A stretch of DNA of 64,000 nucleotides from an uncultured Bdellovibrio sp. (lineage in GTDB: Bacteria; Bdellovibrionota; Bdellovibrionia; Bdellovibrionales; Bdellovibrionaceae). This document shows positions 61,574 to 64,000 of this stretch, one piece after another. Position numbers and translations under genes: made by a program. A model generated the notes under the pieces. The model saw only the letters and a list, made by a program, of their open reading frames with translations, was not told the DNA's origin and ran no database searches. The DNA is taken from NCBI GenBank assembly GCA_963932905.1, contig CAWVRN010000004.1, positions 32,001 to 96,000 of the forward strand, given 5' to 3'. Positions within the stretch are counted from its first letter, which is position 1; the number at the start of each line of letters is the position of its first letter.

Positions 61574-63130
61574 ATGACGACGACAAATAAGTATCTATTA
61601 GTTTTAACTACCTTAATTTCTATGCTGATTTCCGGTTGTAAAGTTGAGGCAGAAAACTCCACCACTGTTCCTGCTACTATTACCAATCCTAGCGAACCTA
61701 AATCGGATGACCTGTCCAGTTGCGATGACAATTCATCCGCAGTGAGCTCAAGCGAAAAATGTAAAACCTTTCCGGAGATGACAGTAGCTCTGGGTGAAGT
61801 ACCAATCGTTCTAACTCAATCACCACGCTTTAAATTAACTACAACGCCTTACCCCCACCATCAAATTCAAGTCGAAATTAAAAACTCTCTTGATAATTCC
61901 ATTGTGACCCCTTGGCAAATTTGGGGAGGATCAGTCGTTTCAAATTTAACCTTATCTTTAAATCAACATTACTACGCAAATTTTCGATTCATAGATGCTA
62001 AAGGAAAAACAGGAAAATCCACATCTTCGGCAAGCTGGACACCTAGAGTTGGTATAGGCAGCTGGCAGAAAATGTCGACAATTAATGCCCCCTCGAAGCG
62101 AAATTACCATTCGATGGTATGGACCGGGAGTAAGGTTATTGTTTGGGGTGGGCAACATGAAAATACAGGCGCAACAAACACAGGTGCAGTGTATGATCCG
62201 ACAACAGATTCATGGACTCCTACGTCCACAATAAAAGCACCCACTGCAAGAACTGCACATACGGCAATTTGGACCGGTTCCGAAATGATCGTTTGGGGTG
62301 GTGGCTGGCAACGAACCGGAGCTCGTTACAACCCAAGCACAAACACTTGGACATCAATGACAAATGTCAATGCCCCAATTGGCTGCGTATTTCATACTGC
62401 TATTTGGACCGGAAGCAAAATGATCGTCTGGGGTGGCGAAGTTGATTTGCCAAACAGTAGTGCCCCTGCAACGACAAACTCCGGTGCAGCTTATGATCCT
62501 TCTAATGATACATGGACAGCAATCTCGACGACAGCTGCTCCATCCGAACGCACTCAACACGCTGCCGTTTGGACTGGCTCTAAAATGATTATTTGGGGTG
62601 GAGGCAGTTACAACCATGACACCTACACCGGCAACATAAACGGGGGAGTCTATGATGTATCAACCAACTCGTGGAGTACCGTAAGTAACATTGGCGCCCC
62701 GGGACAACAGAACTTTGCGGGAGTCAATAATGGCGCCAGTTGGGACGGATCAAATCTTTTAGTTCATGACAACGAGAGATACTCTATAGGAGGAGGAAAA
62801 TATAATTTAGCAAATGACCAATGGTCACGAATTTCAAAAACAAGTAACCCTTGGGACGAGTCAGAAATGAATTCTCTCCCGGCGACAGGATTCGCATTTA
62901 GCTCAACTGTATGGATCGGCTCGTCTTGGTTTGTCTGGGGAGGGCGGGCTGCCTGGGGTGTTACGAATACTGGTGGAATTTACAATCCCACTACCGATAC
63001 CTGGGCTGCGACGACAAACACAAATGCACCTACCCCTTCAATGAATGCTCGAGCGATTTGGACAGGAAGCAAAGTCATAATTTGGGGCGGGCACGAAAAA
63101 GATTATGTATATGCTATCTATACACCATAA
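61574..63130 (+). CDS. Lipoprotein with Kelch-like beta-propeller
   Basis: Lipobox ISGC; about seven repeats of HTAIWTGSKMIVWGG...YDP...W. Confidence 0.85.
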   Translation: MTTTNKYLLVLTTLISMLISGCKVEAENSTTVPATITNPSEPKSDDLSSCDDNSSAVSSSEKCKTFPEMTVALGEVPIVLTQSPRFKLTTTPYPHHQIQVEIKNSLDNSIVTPWQIWGGSVVSNLTLSLNQHYYANFRFIDAKGKTGKSTSSASWTPRVGIGSWQKMSTINAPSKRNYHSMVWTGSKVIVWGGQHENTGATNTGAVYDPTTDSWTPTSTIKAPTARTAHTAIWTGSEMIVWGGGWQRTGARYNPSTNTWTSMTNVNAPIGCVFHTAIWTGSKMIVWGGEVDLPNSSAPATTNSGAAYDPSNDTWTAISTTAAPSERTQHAAVWTGSKMIIWGGGSYNHDTYTGNINGGVYDVSTNSWSTVSNIGAPGQQNFAGVNNGASWDGSNLLVHDNERYSIGGGKYNLANDQWSRISKTSNPWDESEMNSLPATGFAFSSTVWIGSSWFVWGGRAAWGVTNTGGIYNPTTDTWAATTNTNAPTPSMNARAIWTGSKVIIWGGHEKDYVYAIYTP

Positions 63131-63243
63131 ACTGTAGCTACTGAATTAAAGCAATCTGAGCAAAAAATTAACTTGATAAAACAGCGTAGGAAACATCAAA
63201 TAAACACGATGAACATTGAACCTACAATATTAGATTGCATTAA

Positions 63244-64000
63244 ATGAACTACCCAAAAAGAAATAATTTTTTCTTTCAAGCCTGGGCTACTATTATCCCG
63301 TTGGCGGCCATACTTTATTTATTTTTAAGCCAAATATCTCCGATATTGGTAAGTCCCGTTAACGATGCATCAATTTCACAAATTTTCTTAGATTATTTGG
63401 CTTATTCTTGCAGCCCCGAGCCATTAGAACAACTTCGCTATCTCTTAGCAATTTCGGTTGTTCCATCTATATTTTTTATTTTTTGCTTCTTTATGCACAA
63501 TCGGGGCAACTCCTCAGAACAGACCGCCCTAGAATATAAGATCTGGGCATGCCTCGCTGTCTTAGCGCAAGCGTCCTTAACGATTTTTGTTATCTCGATG
63601 TCTACTCACGAGCAACTTAGCTTAAAAGCGTACTTCAGTGACGCAGAAATAAAGTTTTCAAGCGGAATTACTTTAATCGCATTATTCTTAATTGTTAAAT
63701 ATAGAAAGAATCTTTTATCTTGGAACGAGCAATCCAAAATAGTACCAATCTCAATCGGAATTATTTTTTCTATTCCCTGGCTAAGCACATGTATTTTTAC
63801 GAAAGACAACTTAGGCGGAGCAAACTTTACAGTCGCCTCTCATATTCACCACTATACCTCAGAAATTTTAGCAGTCATGTCGGGAAAGACACCCATGGTA
63901 GACTACTTTCCCCAATATCAATCTCTTCTGTCTTACTTTCTGCTCCCGTATTTTAAATTTTTTGGCTTTTCAATTTTATCATTTACATCAGTTATGGCGG
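63244..64000 (+). CDS. Polytopic membrane protein, possible GT-C glycosyltransferase, partial (absent from ORF track)
   Basis: Open from ATG 63244 to the window end; several TM segments; GKTPMVDYFPQY motif. Confidence 0.7.
   Translation, partial: MNYPKRNNFFFQAWATIIPLAAILYLFLSQISPILVSPVNDASISQIFLDYLAYSCSPEPLEQLRYLLAISVVPSIFFIFCFFMHNRGNSSEQTALEYKIWACLAVLAQASLTIFVISMSTHEQLSLKAYFSDAEIKFSSGITLIALFLIVKYRKNLLSWNEQSKIVPISIGIIFSIPWLSTCIFTKDNLGGANFTVASHIHHYTSEILAVMSGKTPMVDYFPQYQSLLSYFLLPYFKFFGFSILSFTSVMA

Noticed and set aside
63606..63956. Listed short ORFs at the right edge
   Set aside because: Shadows of the open plus-strand frame from 63244

Overview
Bacterial chromosomal window (roughly 40% GC, standard code 11) whose gene content suggests Bdellovibrionota (inference, no database search): a stand-alone mreB, many Cys-containing secreted hypothetical proteins, a secreted endonuclease I and a Tat-exported HiPIP. 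Housekeeping and envelope genes include metG, metH/metF, trmO, an SpoU methylase, hppA, galE, waaL, a WcaJ-like transferase, a GDP-heptose pathway, an SNF2 helicase, glsA, mscS and hipBA. Highlights: (1) Three copies of a ~257-bp non-coding MITE/REPIN-like element with 27-bp inverted ends that are themselves hairpins. Each abuts a gene 3' end, and two donate an identical C-terminal 'ELAP-stop' to unrelated genes. (2) Two of these copies bracket an 8.1-kb cassette: a six-gene operon of uncharacterised secreted Cys-rich proteins, a small divergent ORF and a ~200-nt structured non-coding region. (3) An OlsF-like double acyltransferase carrying a signal peptide and a CxxFY motif shared with its neighbour. 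(4) A GT[C/A]-N9-GAC dyad upstream of several secreted-protein genes. (5) An unlisted secreted HExxH protease near a TIMP-like gene, and a nonsense-interrupted GbsR/MarR regulator. (6) hipBA operators spaced exactly 50 bp apart.
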